Positions 35,726 to 47,203 of a DNA stretch of 64,000 bases are shown piece by piece (positions within the stretch are counted from its first letter, which is position 1; each line of letters starts with the position of its first letter). The notes below the pieces were generated by a model, which saw only the letters and a list, made by a program, of their open reading frames with translations, had not been told where the DNA came from and made no database searches. This DNA is from Synechococcus sp. Lineage in GTDB: Bacteria; Cyanobacteriota; Cyanobacteriia; PCC-6307; Cyanobiaceae. A program made the position numbers and the translations under genes. Where the stretch lies: contig JBJBDC010000001.1 of NCBI GenBank assembly GCA_047285535.1, positions 1,760,136 to 1,824,135 on the forward strand, written 5' to 3'.

Positions 35726-36949
35726 GTGATTCCAAAGGTCATGCTCAGCCTGTCAATGATCGTGCGAAACGAGCAGGAGCGGTTGGGCAGCTGCTTGGAC
35801 TCCGTTAAAGACTTCACCGACGAAATGGTGATCGTCGACACCGGTTCCACCGACGACACCATTGCCATTGCCAAGGCGGCTGGGGCCCGTGTGGAACACA
35901 TGACTTGGCCCGGTGATTTTGCACCAGCACGCAATGTCGCTCTTGACTTCGTGACAGGCGACTGGGTGCTGGTGCTTGATGCGGATGAATGCCTCAGACC
36001 TGAAGCGATTCCCCCTCTCAAGGCCCTCATGGCCCAACCCGATGTCTTGGTCATCAATCTGCTACGCCATGAGCAGGGTTCTGCGATGGCGCCTTACTCC
36101 AGAGTGAGTCGTCTGTTCAGACGCCATCCCCGAATCCGCTGGAGTCGCCCGTATCACTCCATGGTGGATGACAGCGTGCACGATCTGCTCCAGGACGAAC
36201 CCCACTGGCGAATCGCAGACTGCACCGAACCGGCCCTACTTCACGAGGGCTACAGCTCCGAACAACTCCAAGGAACTGACAAAGCAGAACGACTGCGCCA
36301 ATCCATGGAGGAGTGGCTCAACAAAGAACCTGGCAATCCCTATGCCTGCGCCAAGCTCGGAGCCCTGGACGTCGCTGAAGGAGAGCGGAGTCGAGGAATC
36401 GCAAGGCTACGTGAAGGGCTTGCCAACCTTGAAGAGCGAGATGACCAGGCCGCAGAGCGCTACGAGCTCTTACTCCATCTAGGGATCGCCTTGAGTCCAG
36501 AAGACAGCAACGAAGCGATCGACTTCTATAAACAAGCCCTTGCCCAACCTCTTGATATCCGCGTTGGCCTTGGCGCCAGATTGAATTTGGCTGCCTTGTA
36601 TCTTCAAACCAACAGGATCGATGAGGCCATCGACCTCACCAACACGGCTTGCCAACGTGCTCCAGAAGTGGCACTCGCCTGGTACAACCTGGGGCTGATG
36701 CAACGTCGTCAGGGTGATATTAAAAACGCGCTGCAGTCCTATGAACGCGCGCTCAGCCTGGAACCCACCCATGCTGAATGTCATCAAAACCTTGCGGTTG
36801 CAAGGCTCGTCGGTGGAGACATCGACGGAGCCAGAGCCTCTTTCGTTCAGGCGATCACCCTGCTGAACAGCCAGGGCAAAGGCGATCAGGCCACTGCCTT
36901 ACAAAATCAAGTAAGCGGACTGGTCAAGCTGAATGAGGTGAAAGCATGA
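35726..36949 (+). CDS. GT2 glycosyltransferase with C-terminal TPRs
   Basis: LSMIVRNE, VDTGSTD, DFAPARN, LDADE; TPRs such as AWYNLG...ALQSYERAL. Confidence 0.88.
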   Translation: MIPKVMLSLSMIVRNEQERLGSCLDSVKDFTDEMVIVDTGSTDDTIAIAKAAGARVEHMTWPGDFAPARNVALDFVTGDWVLVLDADECLRPEAIPPLKALMAQPDVLVINLLRHEQGSAMAPYSRVSRLFRRHPRIRWSRPYHSMVDDSVHDLLQDEPHWRIADCTEPALLHEGYSSEQLQGTDKAERLRQSMEEWLNKEPGNPYACAKLGALDVAEGERSRGIARLREGLANLEERDDQAAERYELLLHLGIALSPEDSNEAIDFYKQALAQPLDIRVGLGARLNLAALYLQTNRIDEAIDLTNTACQRAPEVALAWYNLGLMQRRQGDIKNALQSYERALSLEPTHAECHQNLAVARLVGGDIDGARASFVQAITLLNSQGKGDQATALQNQVSGLVKLNEVKA

Positions 36950-37755
36950 ATGAAGAAAACATCCCTGGTCTACAAGGGCGCACGATTATCGTGACGAGGG
37001 CCCGTGAACAACTTGGAGAGGCGCGCCAGCTTTTAGAACTTCAAGGCGCAAGGGTCCTTGATTTGCCAGCTTTAGAGATAGGACCACCCGATGATTGGGG
37101 CCCTCTCGATGATGCCCTGGCTGAACTAGATGAATTCCACTGGGTGGTTTTCTCCAGTGCGAACGGGGTTCAAGCGGTCGATGAACGCCTTCGGCTTGTG
37201 GGCAGCAGCCTGTCCCGCAGACCTGCTGGGCTGCGTGTGGCCGCAGTGGGACGCAAAACAGCACGACTGCTGGACAACTTGGGAGCGGAAGCTGATTTCG
37301 TGCCACCTGACTTCGTTGCCGATAGCCTCATCGAACATTTCCCTGTTTCCGGTTGGGGACTAAGACTCCTGCTGCCAAGGGTGCAGAGCGGAGGCCGCAC
37401 GGTACTCGCTGAAGCCTTCGGGAAAGCAGGAGCCAGAGTCGTGGAGGTCCCTGCTTACGAATCCCGCTGTCCATGCGACATGCCGGAAACCACAGCCTCA
37501 GCTTTGGCTTCAGGAGAGGTGGATGCGATCACATTTAGCAGCGGAAAAACCGTCATTCATACCGCTGCACTGGTTCAGCAAACCCTGGGGGCCGAGAAAG
37601 CAGCCATTGCGATGCAATCACTAGCTCTGGTTTCAATTGGACCCCAAACTAGTCAACGCTGTCGTGAACAATTCGGCCGAGTTGATCAGGAAGCCAGCCC
37701 CCACGATCTTGAGGGTTTAGTGCAAGCCTGTCGTCAAGTCATGCAACGTCTCTGA
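36946..37755 (+). CDS. hemD: Uroporphyrinogen-III synthase
   Basis: IIVTRA, VFSSANGV, AAVGRKTA, ITFSSGKTV, SIGPQT. Confidence 0.93.
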   Translation: MNEENIPGLQGRTIIVTRAREQLGEARQLLELQGARVLDLPALEIGPPDDWGPLDDALAELDEFHWVVFSSANGVQAVDERLRLVGSSLSRRPAGLRVAAVGRKTARLLDNLGAEADFVPPDFVADSLIEHFPVSGWGLRLLLPRVQSGGRTVLAEAFGKAGARVVEVPAYESRCPCDMPETTASALASGEVDAITFSSGKTVIHTAALVQQTLGAEKAAIAMQSLALVSIGPQTSQRCREQFGRVDQEASPHDLEGLVQACRQVMQRL

Positions 37756-38255
37756 GACTTGCCTGAGCGCATGAGCGTCAGGCAGCCTCGACGCATGTTG
37801 ATCTCTTCTACAGCCACATCCATAGAGAAAAGCCCTTCACCATGGCCAGGACAACGGCCGCCCTCCCCCAAACACACCATTCCTGATCCTTCAGCAGTTC
37901 TGATCAGTGCACGCAACTGATCTCCCACAGAGAGCACTCCGATGACCTGCCAATCCTGATCTCCGGATGCCCCAAGCTCAGATGGATCGGGAGCAGGCGA
38001 AACAGCGTTGGATTGCGGAACTGGCGCAAAAGGGTCAGCGCGACCTTCCGGGACTGATGCGAGAACCTCGGCAATACTGGGCAGGGTCCTGAATGCATTC
38101 GTTGGAGCGGGAGACACAGCCTCAGCATCTGGAGAGACCATGGGACTTTCAGTAACCCGCTCAAGAGTCGAATGATCCGTTCGATCAACTGAACAACCAC
38201 AGACCAAAAGGGCAAAGGTCAGACTTGCCAAAGCACACCTCGAGATGTGCTCCAT
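37734..38255 (-). CDS. Hypothetical lipoprotein
   Basis: Lipobox-like LLVCGC, a Pro-rich linker with GRADPFAP, and a beta-rich C-terminus. Confidence 0.6.
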   Translation of the reverse strand: MEHISRCALASLTFALLVCGCSVDRTDHSTLERVTESPMVSPDAEAVSPAPTNAFRTLPSIAEVLASVPEGRADPFAPVPQSNAVSPAPDPSELGASGDQDWQVIGVLSVGDQLRALIRTAEGSGMVCLGEGGRCPGHGEGLFSMDVAVEEINMRRGCLTLMRSGKSQRRCMT

Positions 38256-38256
38256 C

Positions 38257-38712
38257 TCATGACTGCGAACGAGTTGCGTAACCGCTTTCCACCAGATCCC
38301 TAAAACGATCAAGGTTTGCCTGGAGCTCCTTGGTAACAATCCCTCCCAGGATGCTCGGTTCCATCAACGGTGCCAAGATGCCGGGCAACTCATAACTGAC
38401 ACTCAGCTTGATTGCTGTGAGCTCAGGATTCTCTGCATAAAAACGAACGATTCCTTTAGTCGGTAGTCCGCCAACAGATTCCCACTGCAATCGTTGCTGA
38501 TCCACTCGACTGGTGATGCGAGCTTTCCATTGGAAGCGAAAGCCCTGAGCTGCCAACGTCCAATCGGTTAGATCAGGATCCTCGCGGGTCTTGACAGATT
38601 CGATCCAGCGCATCCATCGAGGCATCGCTTCAAGGTCACTCCAAACAGCCCACACCTGATCGACAGGTGACTGAACTGTCGTCGTTACTGTGTGTTCGAG
38701 CCAACGTCCCAT
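38257..38712 (-). CDS. SRPBCC/polyketide-cyclase family protein
   Basis: VWAVWSDLEAMPRWMRWIESV...DLDRFR-type helix-grip pattern; directly downstream of zds. Confidence 0.85.
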   Translation of the reverse strand: MGRWLEHTVTTTVQSPVDQVWAVWSDLEAMPRWMRWIESVKTREDPDLTDWTLAAQGFRFQWKARITSRVDQQRLQWESVGGLPTKGIVRFYAENPELTAIKLSVSYELPGILAPLMEPSILGGIVTKELQANLDRFRDLVESGYATRSQS

Positions 38713-38716
38713 GGTT

Positions 38717-40189
38717 TCAGGCGACTGCAGTGTTGGAAGACAGTTTTGCCGGCCTTCCGAGGATGGCAGCGGCAGCGAGATGACCACTCATCGTTGCACC
38801 CTCCATTGAATCGATGTAGTCCTGTCGGGTGTAACTGCCTGCCAGGAAAAAATTACGAACAGGGGTGGTTTGAGCGGGGCGATACGGCTCCATCCCAGGC
38901 GCTTCGCGATAGAGAGACTGAGCCAATTTCACGACATTGCTCCAAGTCAGGGTTAGGTGTCTGGCCGAGGGGAAAAGGTTGCGCACCTGGGCATCCGTAT
39001 GGGCAACGATGTCTTTCACTGACTTCGGGATCCAAGGATCCCCAGGGGTGAGCACGCATTGAAGCAAAGATCCCTCACCTGATTTGCGATAGTCCTCGGG
39101 ACTCGCCAAGGCCAAATCAGCGAAACAGCTGAAGTCTGCATCAGCGGTGTAAAGCAGATTGTTTAAACCGCTGGCATTGTTTAAATCCTTGCGCCGTGCC
39201 TCTGCAGCCTGTCCAGTAGCAAGCTCAGTCACCCAACCGTCATATCGCAATTGCACGGTGGCAACCGGAACAGCTTCTAGGCGATGAATGGCTTCAAATT
39301 GCTCATGTTTCCGCCATTGATCAGGAATGATCCGTTGGATACCTGGAACATCACAAGCCGCCAGGTAAACATCAGCTTGAACGTTGCTCTCACCGTGAGG
39401 TGTGCTCAAGGTCAGTGAAGTCACCGTTGGAGCATCGCCATCATCAAAATGAATTTCCTTAACCCGATGCCGGAGGTGCAACTTGGCACCTCGTTGCTGG
39501 ATGTAATCCAAGATTGGACCTGTCAGCCAGCGATGCGGTGAGCCCTTAAGCAAATTGAGCTTGGAGGCCTCAGTCTTCGATGCAAACATCATGAAAATGG
39601 TCAACATGCATCGAGCTGAAATCGATTGGCAATCAATGAAACCCAACGCATAGGCAATCGGATTCCAAAGTCTGCGAATGCTCTCCAAGCTGCCGCCATG
39701 ACCAAGGAACCAGTCTTGAAAACTGATTGCATCCAAGGCACGGATTGTGCGCATCGCACCCTCGTAATCCACAAGGCCTCGCACGATTGGGCTAGTCCCT
39801 AAGGCCAGGGCATTGCGTAATTTATCGATCCAGGACAGCTGGGGAGTGGTGAAAAAAGCCTTGAGTCCATTGAAAGGAGCCCCGATCGGGAATCGGAAAT
39901 CAAGCTCGCGCAGATCGCCTCCGCGATTCACAAAAAGATGCGTGTGATCTTTGGGCAAAAGGTTGTCGATCGCGCCCACCTTGCGCATCAGAGCAAAGAG
40001 ATTGGCGTAATTAAAAAAGAACACATGCAAACCCATTTCGATGTGATTGCCTTTTTCATCAACCCAGCTACCGACCTTCCCGCCCATGAAAGGGCGAGCT
40101 TCGTAGAGATCAACATCGTGACCTGCATCCACCAGATCAACGGCAGCGGCTAGGCCAGCCAGTCCTGATCCCACAATCGCGACCTGCAC
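38717..40189 (-). CDS. zds: 9,9'-di-cis-zeta-carotene desaturase
   Basis: [18 protein letters not shown]...[32 protein letters not shown]. Confidence 0.95.
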   Translation of the reverse strand: MQVAIVGSGLAGLAAAVDLVDAGHDVDLYEARPFMGGKVGSWVDEKGNHIEMGLHVFFFNYANLFALMRKVGAIDNLLPKDHTHLFVNRGGDLRELDFRFPIGAPFNGLKAFFTTPQLSWIDKLRNALALGTSPIVRGLVDYEGAMRTIRALDAISFQDWFLGHGGSLESIRRLWNPIAYALGFIDCQSISARCMLTIFMMFASKTEASKLNLLKGSPHRWLTGPILDYIQQRGAKLHLRHRVKEIHFDDGDAPTVTSLTLSTPHGESNVQADVYLAACDVPGIQRIIPDQWRKHEQFEAIHRLEAVPVATVQLRYDGWVTELATGQAAEARRKDLNNASGLNNLLYTADADFSCFADLALASPEDYRKSGEGSLLQCVLTPGDPWIPKSVKDIVAHTDAQVRNLFPSARHLTLTWSNVVKLAQSLYREAPGMEPYRPAQTTPVRNFFLAGSYTRQDYIDSMEGATMSGHLAAAAILGRPAKLSSNTAVA

Positions 40190-40302
40190 CAGCGCTTTCA
40201 CCAAGAATTCAATAACTCTATGAATTCGGGAGCCATAACGGCTTCAGGCAGATCACGCATCGTTTCCATACAGTGGATGAAGGCCTGCTGGAATCCACAT
40301 TC

Positions 40303-40695
40303 ATGACCACTGCCGCCGCCAGTCCCTCACCCCACATGGCCAAGGATGGGAAAGGCATCCAGATCACCGAGCCAGCCATGCTGCAACTGGCCAAACTCTG
40401 CCGAGAGCAGGGCGATCAGCAAATCCTCCGTGTTGGAGTGCGCTCCGGTGGCTGCAGCGGCATGAGTTACACCATGGATTTTGTTCCCGCCACCGAGATC
40501 AATGAAAGTGACGAGGTCTATGACTACGCCGCACCAGAAGGTGCGGCTTTTCGAGTGGTGTGTGACCCCAAAAGCCTGCTTTACATCTACGGCATGCAGC
40601 TTGACTTCAGTACGGCATTGATTGGGGGCGGGTTCAATTTCACCAACCCGAATGCCACCCAGACCTGCGGATGTGGGAGCTCCTTTGCAGTCTGA
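40303..40695 (+). CDS. iscA: HesB/IscA Fe-S cluster assembly accessory protein
   Basis: RVGVRSGGCSGMSY and NPNATQTCGCGSSF. Confidence 0.9.
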   Translation: MTTAAASPSPHMAKDGKGIQITEPAMLQLAKLCREQGDQQILRVGVRSGGCSGMSYTMDFVPATEINESDEVYDYAAPEGAAFRVVCDPKSLLYIYGMQLDFSTALIGGGFNFTNPNATQTCGCGSSFAV

Positions 40696-40746
40696 AGTCC
40701 ACCGCGTGGGAATCTGTTGACAATTTTCAGACCATAAGAATCAACG

Positions 40747-41175
40747 ATGGAGTCCCAAGAATCTCAGGAGTCGAGCCTCTTCCAACAGGCCATGGCTCGT
40801 TATCAAGATGGAACACCTGCAAAAGATCTGATCGGTGATTTCGTTGCGATCACCGAAGCTGCACCCCGCCAATCCTCCGGATGGACATGCTTAGCGTGGC
40901 TTCTCTTACTCTGCGAACAACCAGATGATGCATTACGTTCCGCTCGAATGGCGGTGAAGCTCAATAGTCAAGACCCCCAGGCAAGGATCAATCTGACTTT
41001 GGCCATGCTTGAAACCAAGGCCAAAGGTGTGCGTGATCAAATCCAGATTGTCCAACAAGTGTTAGCGGTAGCCCCCGACATGGGGGAAGAACTGAGGGAC
41101 TCAATCAACGATGGCTTGAAACGTCGACCGGACTGGCCCGCCCTTCTCAAGGTGAAGAGTTGGCTGGAGCTCTGA
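40747..41175 (+). CDS. TPR-like conserved hypothetical protein
   Basis: WTCLAWL...A...AVKLNSQDPQARINL helical-repeat pattern. Confidence 0.75.
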   Translation: MESQESQESSLFQQAMARYQDGTPAKDLIGDFVAITEAAPRQSSGWTCLAWLLLLCEQPDDALRSARMAVKLNSQDPQARINLTLAMLETKAKGVRDQIQIVQQVLAVAPDMGEELRDSINDGLKRRPDWPALLKVKSWLEL

Positions 41176-41176
41176 G

Positions 41177-42379
41177 GTGGGGCGGCTGCTGCTGCTGAGC
41201 AATGGTCATGGCGAAGACCTCTCGGGTGCTCTGCTGGGACAAGCCTTGCAAGCTCAAGGGCATGATGTGGAAGCGCTGCCCATGGTGGGGCGAGGCCGTC
41301 CATATCGAGAAGCAACGATTCCTCTGGTCTGTCGAACAAAGGAATTCAGCACCGGGGGGCTTGGCTACACAACGCTTCGGGGCCGACTCACCGAATTGAT
41401 CCAGGGCCAAGTGATCTATCTCTTGAGGCGCCTGTTCAAACTGATCCGTATCGCCAGCCAGTATGACGTTGTGGTTGTTATCGGTGATGTCATTCCTGTG
41501 ATGGCTGCATGGCTCAGCTTTCGGCCGGTAGCAACCTATCTGGTGGCTTACTCCAGTCATTACGAGGGGCGACTACGACTGCCTTGGCCATGCGGCAGCT
41601 GCCTGATGAGTCAGAGATTCAAAACGGTATTCAGTCGAGATGCACTGACTGCAGATGATCTCAGCGAGCAATTGCAACGGGATGTGGTTTTCGTGGGAAA
41701 CCCTTTTATGGATGCTGTATCTAGCCACAGCAAGCCCCTGCCGCCCGTCCATAGACGCCTGGGACTGTTGCCAGGAAGCCGGAGGCCTGAGCTTGAGCAA
41801 AACCTGGCACTGCTTTTAAAAGTGATTGAACAACTACCGAATTCAAAGCAGAGCCAACGAGAACTGGACATTGACCTCGCGCTAGTTGCAGCTCTCAACG
41901 ACGATGATTTGCACACTTTTGCAGAGGAGCATGGGTGGAACCTTGTCTTAGGGCAAGGCAGCTCTCCCTCACGAATGGAGAAGGTCAATCGATGCGTTCA
42001 AGTACGAAGGCACTGTTTCTCTTCCGTACTTCACAGCTCAGACCTCTTGCTGTGCATGGCTGGCACCGCTGCGGAACAGGCCGTGGGTCTTGCAAAACCA
42101 GTCCTGCAGCTGCCAGGCCATGGCCCCCAATTCACAGCTGGCTTCGCTGAAGCCCAACGACGTCTACTGGGTCCAACCGTGTTCTGCGCTGATTCCCACG
42201 TTGGCGGTGAAGAACTTTTCGCTGCCACTGCCAAACTGGCAAAAGAGCTCCTGGAACGAAGCGTGAACGATCCAGAGCTTCAGCGTGATTGCCAGCAGCA
42301 AGCGATGCAACGGTTAGGCCCTGAAGGAGGAGGGGACAAGATGGCCAAACTGATTGGTGATCTGCTCCAGGACAGCTGA
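41177..42379 (+). CDS. Lipid-A-disaccharide synthase-related protein
   Basis: LSNGHGED, VGNPFMD, LLPGSRRPE, MAGTAAEQAVGL, GPQFT. Confidence 0.85.
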   Translation: MGRLLLLSNGHGEDLSGALLGQALQAQGHDVEALPMVGRGRPYREATIPLVCRTKEFSTGGLGYTTLRGRLTELIQGQVIYLLRRLFKLIRIASQYDVVVVIGDVIPVMAAWLSFRPVATYLVAYSSHYEGRLRLPWPCGSCLMSQRFKTVFSRDALTADDLSEQLQRDVVFVGNPFMDAVSSHSKPLPPVHRRLGLLPGSRRPELEQNLALLLKVIEQLPNSKQSQRELDIDLALVAALNDDDLHTFAEEHGWNLVLGQGSSPSRMEKVNRCVQVRRHCFSSVLHSSDLLLCMAGTAAEQAVGLAKPVLQLPGHGPQFTAGFAEAQRRLLGPTVFCADSHVGGEELFAATAKLAKELLERSVNDPELQRDCQQQAMQRLGPEGGGDKMAKLIGDLLQDS

Positions 42380-42655
42380 ATGGATTCAAAATACATAGAA
42401 CCCACTTGGAAACGCTGGCTGGACCGTTTGCTGGTCCTCAATGTATTCCTGGTGATCGGAGGTGCTGTCTGGTTTGGCCTGGCTGTCATTGCCAACGGAC
42501 AAGGAGTGGTCACACCAATGCAGCAATTTCAGCGTCTCTGGGATCCTCTGTTTACCCCAGCGATCGGCCTGCTGATGGGCACTGCTCTCATCAATGGGAT
42601 GTTGAGCTGGTGGCAGCGTCGAATGCGGCAGGCAGCTCAGAAAAACGGCAACTGA
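42380..42655 (+). CDS. Small two-TM hypothetical protein
   Basis: Two hydrophobic segments around FQRLWDPLFTPAIG; abuts the upstream gene. Confidence 0.7.
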   Translation: MDSKYIEPTWKRWLDRLLVLNVFLVIGGAVWFGLAVIANGQGVVTPMQQFQRLWDPLFTPAIGLLMGTALINGMLSWWQRRMRQAAQKNGN

Positions 42656-43535
42656 ACTTCAAATCCGCTTGCCGTTCAGACTGCACGTGCTGTCCTTCGA
42701 GGACAACACTCGCTCCATCGCCAAGTAGCAGTTGCAAGAGAGGCGCTGGCACCGGCAACAGATTGGGACGCCCTAAACAACGACCAAGAGTCGCGGAGAA
42801 CGTGGCCATCGAGACCGGACTTGGCGCCACTGCATTTACCGTTCCTGACCAAGCATCATCCTCAAGACCCGCAAGGATCATGCGGCACAGGTCACTGCGT
42901 TCAATCCAACTCATCCACTGACTGCCGGATCCGATCGCCCCACCAAAGCCAAGGCGAAAGATCGGAAGCATTTTCCCCAATGCACCGCCGTCGGCAGCAA
43001 GCACGATTCCAATCCGTAAAACAACCAAGCGTGTGGCAACAGGCTTTTCCGATGCTGCCGCTTCCCAGCGCTGACAGAGCCCAGCGAGCAGATCGTTGCC
43101 ACAAGGGCTTGATTCTGTAAAACACTTGTCGGCGCTTGTGCCGTAATAACCAACGGCTGAGCCATTGATCAACACTTTTGGAGGCTGGTCCAAATCACCC
43201 ATTGCTTTCACCAGGTACCGCGTGGTCTCAACGCGACTGTTTTCAAGCAACTGGAGATGCGCAGAGGTCCAACGCTTTTCTGCAATCGGTTCTCCAGCCA
43301 GGTTGATCACTCCCTGCGCTTGAGCCAAGGCCTGTTGGAGAACGCTGGATTCCTCCCAGCTGATCGAATCAGCAGCATTGCATTGAACCCAGTCCAGCCC
43401 CTTAAGGCAGTCGGCTGGGAGTGCATCCTGAGCAGATCTGCGACTCACGATGGTGAGATCGTGCCCTGCGTTTTGAAGCATGGGAATCAATGCACGACCG
43501 ACTAATCCAGTGCATCCGATCAGTAAAAGTCGCAT
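42591..43535 (-). CDS. TIGR01777-family NAD-dependent epimerase/oxidoreductase
   Basis: GCTGLVG, INLAGEPIAEKRW, SAVGYYG, LRIGIVL, GSGSQWMSWI. Confidence 0.9.
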   Translation of the reverse strand: MRLLLIGCTGLVGRALIPMLQNAGHDLTIVSRRSAQDALPADCLKGLDWVQCNAADSISWEESSVLQQALAQAQGVINLAGEPIAEKRWTSAHLQLLENSRVETTRYLVKAMGDLDQPPKVLINGSAVGYYGTSADKCFTESSPCGNDLLAGLCQRWEAAASEKPVATRLVVLRIGIVLAADGGALGKMLPIFRLGFGGAIGSGSQWMSWIERSDLCRMILAGLEDDAWSGTVNAVAPSPVSMATFSATLGRCLGRPNLLPVPAPLLQLLLGDGASVVLEGQHVQSERQADLKFSCRFSELPAAFDAATSSTSH

Positions 43536-43563
43536 GAAGCATCTCTCTCACAACGTTCAGAGG

Positions 43564-44820
43564 CTAAGCAGCAGAAGCTGGATCAGGTTGAGTCGAAGAA
43601 GGCAGGGTGAGATTCATGCGTTGAGCCAATGGAACCAGCGCGAAACCCTGGATAAAAAGGCCGTAGAGCACCACCGCAAGTGCATAAGGAGGCATCATTT
43701 GCCCCCAACTAATGCCAGACGACCAAGCGTCGATCGCCATTGCAATCGGCACAGCACCTCTCAAGCCCGCGCAGCTCACAAAAATCCTCTCCTGACTGGT
43801 GAAATTAGTGCGCCAAAGCAAGGCATGCACCATCACAAATCTCACCACCTGCATGATCAGGAATAAAACGAATGCCCATCCCGCGGTAGTCACTACATCT
43901 TGCGGGGCCACCACAAGCCCCATGCACAAAAACAGTAAAAGCTCGGCCATTTTGGCGTAACTGGAATGGGCCTCAGCTAAAGAGGTGCGATCAAGGCCAG
44001 GACCATTCCCGAGCACGAGTCCCGCAACATAGGCCGCTAGCAAGGGGCTTCCCCCCAGCAACAACGTTCCGCCACTGAGAACCATTAGCAAGGCCAGGCT
44101 GACGACTGGGAGCATGGAGGCATGGTTCAGACTCATACGAGTTCCAAGCAGCTGCAGGGTGAGGCTCCCTCCCAGGAATCCAAGCAAGATGCCCAGCAAA
44201 AACTGGCGAACCACATCGGTGACCAAGACTCCGGCTGCAACGCCATCACCACCGGCCAGGGCTAGCGCCAATCCAGCCAGAACCACTGCCATCGGGTCAT
44301 TGAAGCCCGACTCGCACTCGATCAAGTTGATCAGTCGCTTGGGTAATCTCCCGGCCAGGGGCCTTAGGAGGGCCAGAACTGCTGAAGCATCCGTACTCGC
44401 CACCATGGCTCCAATGAATAAAACCCTTGGGAGCAGCTCTGGGTTTTGTGGAGCACCACTGGCGGTGGCCAGTCCGAATCCTGCTAAGGCAATAAGGGCA
44501 GCCGTGATGATCACTCCAACAGTCGCCAGACGGGCTGAGGGGTTGATCACGCCACGCACCGAGGTCCAATTTGTTGTGAGGCCGCCGAAAAAAAGCACCA
44601 GCACTAGGGCTGACTGACTGATCTGATGCGCTTGATCGAGGCTTAACAGTTGGATTTGCCGTACTCCGGCAACACCCACATGATTCTCAATCAGAAGGCC
44701 CAACAGCAGCACCATAAGGATGCCTGGAACTCTGATCCGAGACGCAAAATCATCCAGAAGGACTGCAATGAGCAGCAGACCCCCAAAGGCCACCAAATAC
44801 AAGGCAAGAGGATGGGACAA
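43564..44820 (-). CDS. CPA1 cation/proton antiporter (NhaP-like)
   Basis: STDASAV, ECESGFNDPMA and GLRGAVPI motifs. Confidence 0.9.
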   Translation of the reverse strand: MSHPLALYLVAFGGLLLIAVLLDDFASRIRVPGILMVLLLGLLIENHVGVAGVRQIQLLSLDQAHQISQSALVLVLFFGGLTTNWTSVRGVINPSARLATVGVIITAALIALAGFGLATASGAPQNPELLPRVLFIGAMVASTDASAVLALLRPLAGRLPKRLINLIECESGFNDPMAVVLAGLALALAGGDGVAAGVLVTDVVRQFLLGILLGFLGGSLTLQLLGTRMSLNHASMLPVVSLALLMVLSGGTLLLGGSPLLAAYVAGLVLGNGPGLDRTSLAEAHSSYAKMAELLLFLCMGLVVAPQDVVTTAGWAFVLFLIMQVVRFVMVHALLWRTNFTSQERIFVSCAGLRGAVPIAMAIDAWSSGISWGQMMPPYALAVVLYGLFIQGFALVPLAQRMNLTLPSSTQPDPASAA

Positions 44821-44876
44821 ATATCAGCCTTGCCATTAAGAATGGTTTTAGCCTGACTTCGATTGATCGTCTCGTT

Positions 44877-45134
44877 ATGGCTGAACCATCTGCTGATCCC
44901 AAGCCAACCGCAAAACCAACGGCGGCGCTCAAGAAAGGGGCGCTTGTTCGTGTAAACCGCTCGTCTTACATGGGGAGTTTGGAGGCTTCAGCCAGTGATC
45001 CCAGACCTCCCGCCTACATTTTTGAAGGCCCGGGAGAACTGCTTCTGGTCAAAGGTGATTACGGCCAGGTGCGCTGGAGACGTCCAGTTCCAGATGTTTG
45101 GCTGAAGCTGTCTCAATTAGAGATCTACTCCTGA
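44877..45134 (+). CDS. ndhO: NAD(P)H-quinone oxidoreductase subunit O
   Basis: LKKGALVRV...[21 protein letters not shown]...PVPDVWL. Confidence 0.92.
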   Translation: MAEPSADPKPTAKPTAALKKGALVRVNRSSYMGSLEASASDPRPPAYIFEGPGELLLVKGDYGQVRWRRPVPDVWLKLSQLEIYS

Positions 45135-47203
45135 CTGTTAAGGGAGTGTTCCACAGCTTGCAAGGCCGGAGGCAGAGACTGCAGGGCCTCAGACAACCTC
45201 CAAAGCGCCCCACCAAGCACAGCAGAAAGTGCGTCCAGACCAACCAAAACAGGCTGATCTCCATGGCGTTGCCGCGCAGCAGCAGCCACAGAGGACGCTC
45301 CCCAAGGATTCCACCCTGCAAGAGTCACAACACTGCGATAGGCACTCGGCCAAGGATTGCCAGGAAGCAATGTTTCCAGAGCCGCAAACTGCTTGGCCGC
45401 TTCTGCTGGCCGATTGGCCAGAACGCCCAGGAGGGCAAGCGTCCATCGTGCTTCTGCGTCGAAGGGATTCACAGCAATCCGCTGAAGAGCCTGTTTCTTG
45501 AGCGGTGCTCGATAGAGGAAGTGTCCATCCAGCATATGTTCAACAGCGATAGAGCTAAACACAGCATCTAAACCAGCAGGTCCCTTGGACAGACCAGCGG
45601 CAAGGGCGGGAAATCGTTCCTGAAACACCACCGGCTCCACGCTTTCTCTATCGCGGCGCCACAAGGAGTAACTCCCTCCCTGCGGCCTAGGGAAGGTTTC
45701 AACCAACACAAACACTCCGCTCTCGCGAACGGCGGCATCAAGTTGTTCAGCACTGTCCCGAACTGAACCCTGCTCCCCTTCCGCCAACAACACCCACTGA
45801 GCCTGAGCAAGCACAGGCTTGACATCAGAACTGCTGCTACCCAGTTGCCTCCCGACAAGCCGGCCGCCTTGACGGCGACCGTAAAAACTCACATTGTGCT
45901 GATTCAGATCCGGTGTACTTGGCACCACAATCAAGGTTGCGGGCTGAGAACGAGGATCCACTCCCCCAGCTCGGCGCACAATTGCGTCCAGAGGACCTTC
46001 ACGGCTTTGCCTCAAGCGCATGACCTGAGTAGACCAGCTCGTGGAAATGATGTTGAAACAGCCCATCAGCAAGATCACTCCTGGCAACCAAGCGAAGCGA
46101 GCCGGACAGCACCTTTGAACCCAGAGGCCCCACTGCCAAGAGCCACGAGCCAACAAGATGAGCAGCAGTGGAAGAAGAGGGGCGATGTAGCGATCATCCT
46201 TATTCGGGCTGAGATGGGTAAAGATCCATCCGAAGACCAGACTGAGGATCAACCAACGCCAAGCGAGGCGCTCATCCTCTTTGACGTAGCGACGCTGCCA
46301 GCACCAGAGGATGACTCCACTGCCACCAACTAACAGCAAAACCCATCCAATCTGCTCTGGGAGAAGTCGGAAGTACCAAAGCCAACCGTCCAAACTCAAG
46401 ACACCTGGATCACCCTCCAGAGCCGCCGATTCGATCACAGCACGGTTGGTTCCACCCAAGGTGGTGATCCAGTTGTGTTTCAACCAGGGCAATAGGGCTG
46501 CACAGACGATTACAAAGCCCATCAGCGCTTGCCAACGGCGAACAAGCGCGCGACTCCCATGACCAAGAAGAACACTCACCAGCGCTAGCGCAAGCGCCGG
46601 GATGAGAACCAACAAAGCACTTTGTTTCACCAGTAATGCTGCTGCGACCGAGAACGCAGCCCATAGGGCCTGTCTCCAACGACCACCATGCAGGGGATGC
46701 CACCAACAGCCCAGTCGCCAAAGCGCCAAAGCGACCATGGCGGTTAGAGGAAGCTCCAGTACGTAATCAGTCCGAAGCTCCAGCAGGAGCGGAGCCATCG
46801 CAACAAAACCACTGCAAAGCAGGGCGAATCCACGTGCCCCCCTCAATGGCTGACGCAACTCCAGGGCCCAGGCTGCGACAACTAACAGCAAAAGACCATT
46901 CCATAGGCTCAAGCTCCAGGCTGCTTGGTATGGCCAATCGCCAGTGATGGCCATCACCGTGCCATTCACCAGTGAAGCGAGGGGAGGAATCTTGGGAGAA
47001 AGATCTAATAAACCGCTCCAGCCTTGCCAGCTGCCGCCAGGAAGAAGACCTAATGCACGACCATGATCGAGAGCGCTATTGAGGTAATCCGCCTGATCCC
47101 AGGCTGGCAGACCTCCATTGTGAACCCACCAAAGCCTGTCGATGATGGTTGAGAGCAGCCAAATCAAAGTCAGCAGAACCCGAAACTGCCAAGACCTCAT
47201 CAA
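45125..47203 (-). CDS. GT39/PMT-like (GT-C) membrane glycosyltransferase
   Basis: Multi-TM protein; first-loop [20 protein letters not shown]; soluble C-terminal extension. Confidence 0.75.
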   Translation of the reverse strand: MMRSWQFRVLLTLIWLLSTIIDRLWWVHNGGLPAWDQADYLNSALDHGRALGLLPGGSWQGWSGLLDLSPKIPPLASLVNGTVMAITGDWPYQAAWSLSLWNGLLLLVVAAWALELRQPLRGARGFALLCSGFVAMAPLLLELRTDYVLELPLTAMVALALWRLGCWWHPLHGGRWRQALWAAFSVAAALLVKQSALLVLIPALALALVSVLLGHGSRALVRRWQALMGFVIVCAALLPWLKHNWITTLGGTNRAVIESAALEGDPGVLSLDGWLWYFRLLPEQIGWVLLLVGGSGVILWCWQRRYVKEDERLAWRWLILSLVFGWIFTHLSPNKDDRYIAPLLPLLLILLARGSWQWGLWVQRCCPARFAWLPGVILLMGCFNIISTSWSTQVMRLRQSREGPLDAIVRRAGGVDPRSQPATLIVVPSTPDLNQHNVSFYGRRQGGRLVGRQLGSSSSDVKPVLAQAQWVLLAEGEQGSVRDSAEQLDAAVRESGVFVLVETFPRPQGGSYSLWRRDRESVEPVVFQERFPALAAGLSKGPAGLDAVFSSIAVEHMLDGHFLYRAPLKKQALQRIAVNPFDAEARWTLALLGVLANRPAEAAKQFAALETLLPGNPWPSAYRSVVTLAGWNPWGASSVAAAARQRHGDQPVLVGLDALSAVLGGALWRLSEALQSLPPALQAVEHSLNSQE

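Noticed and set aside
35726..36949. GT2-TPR gene as a glycocin-type peptide glycosyltransferase working with the NHLP exporter
   Set aside because: It sits in a housekeeping run (rbfA-GH3-GT2-hemD) more than 20 kb away, and nothing in the sequence links the two.
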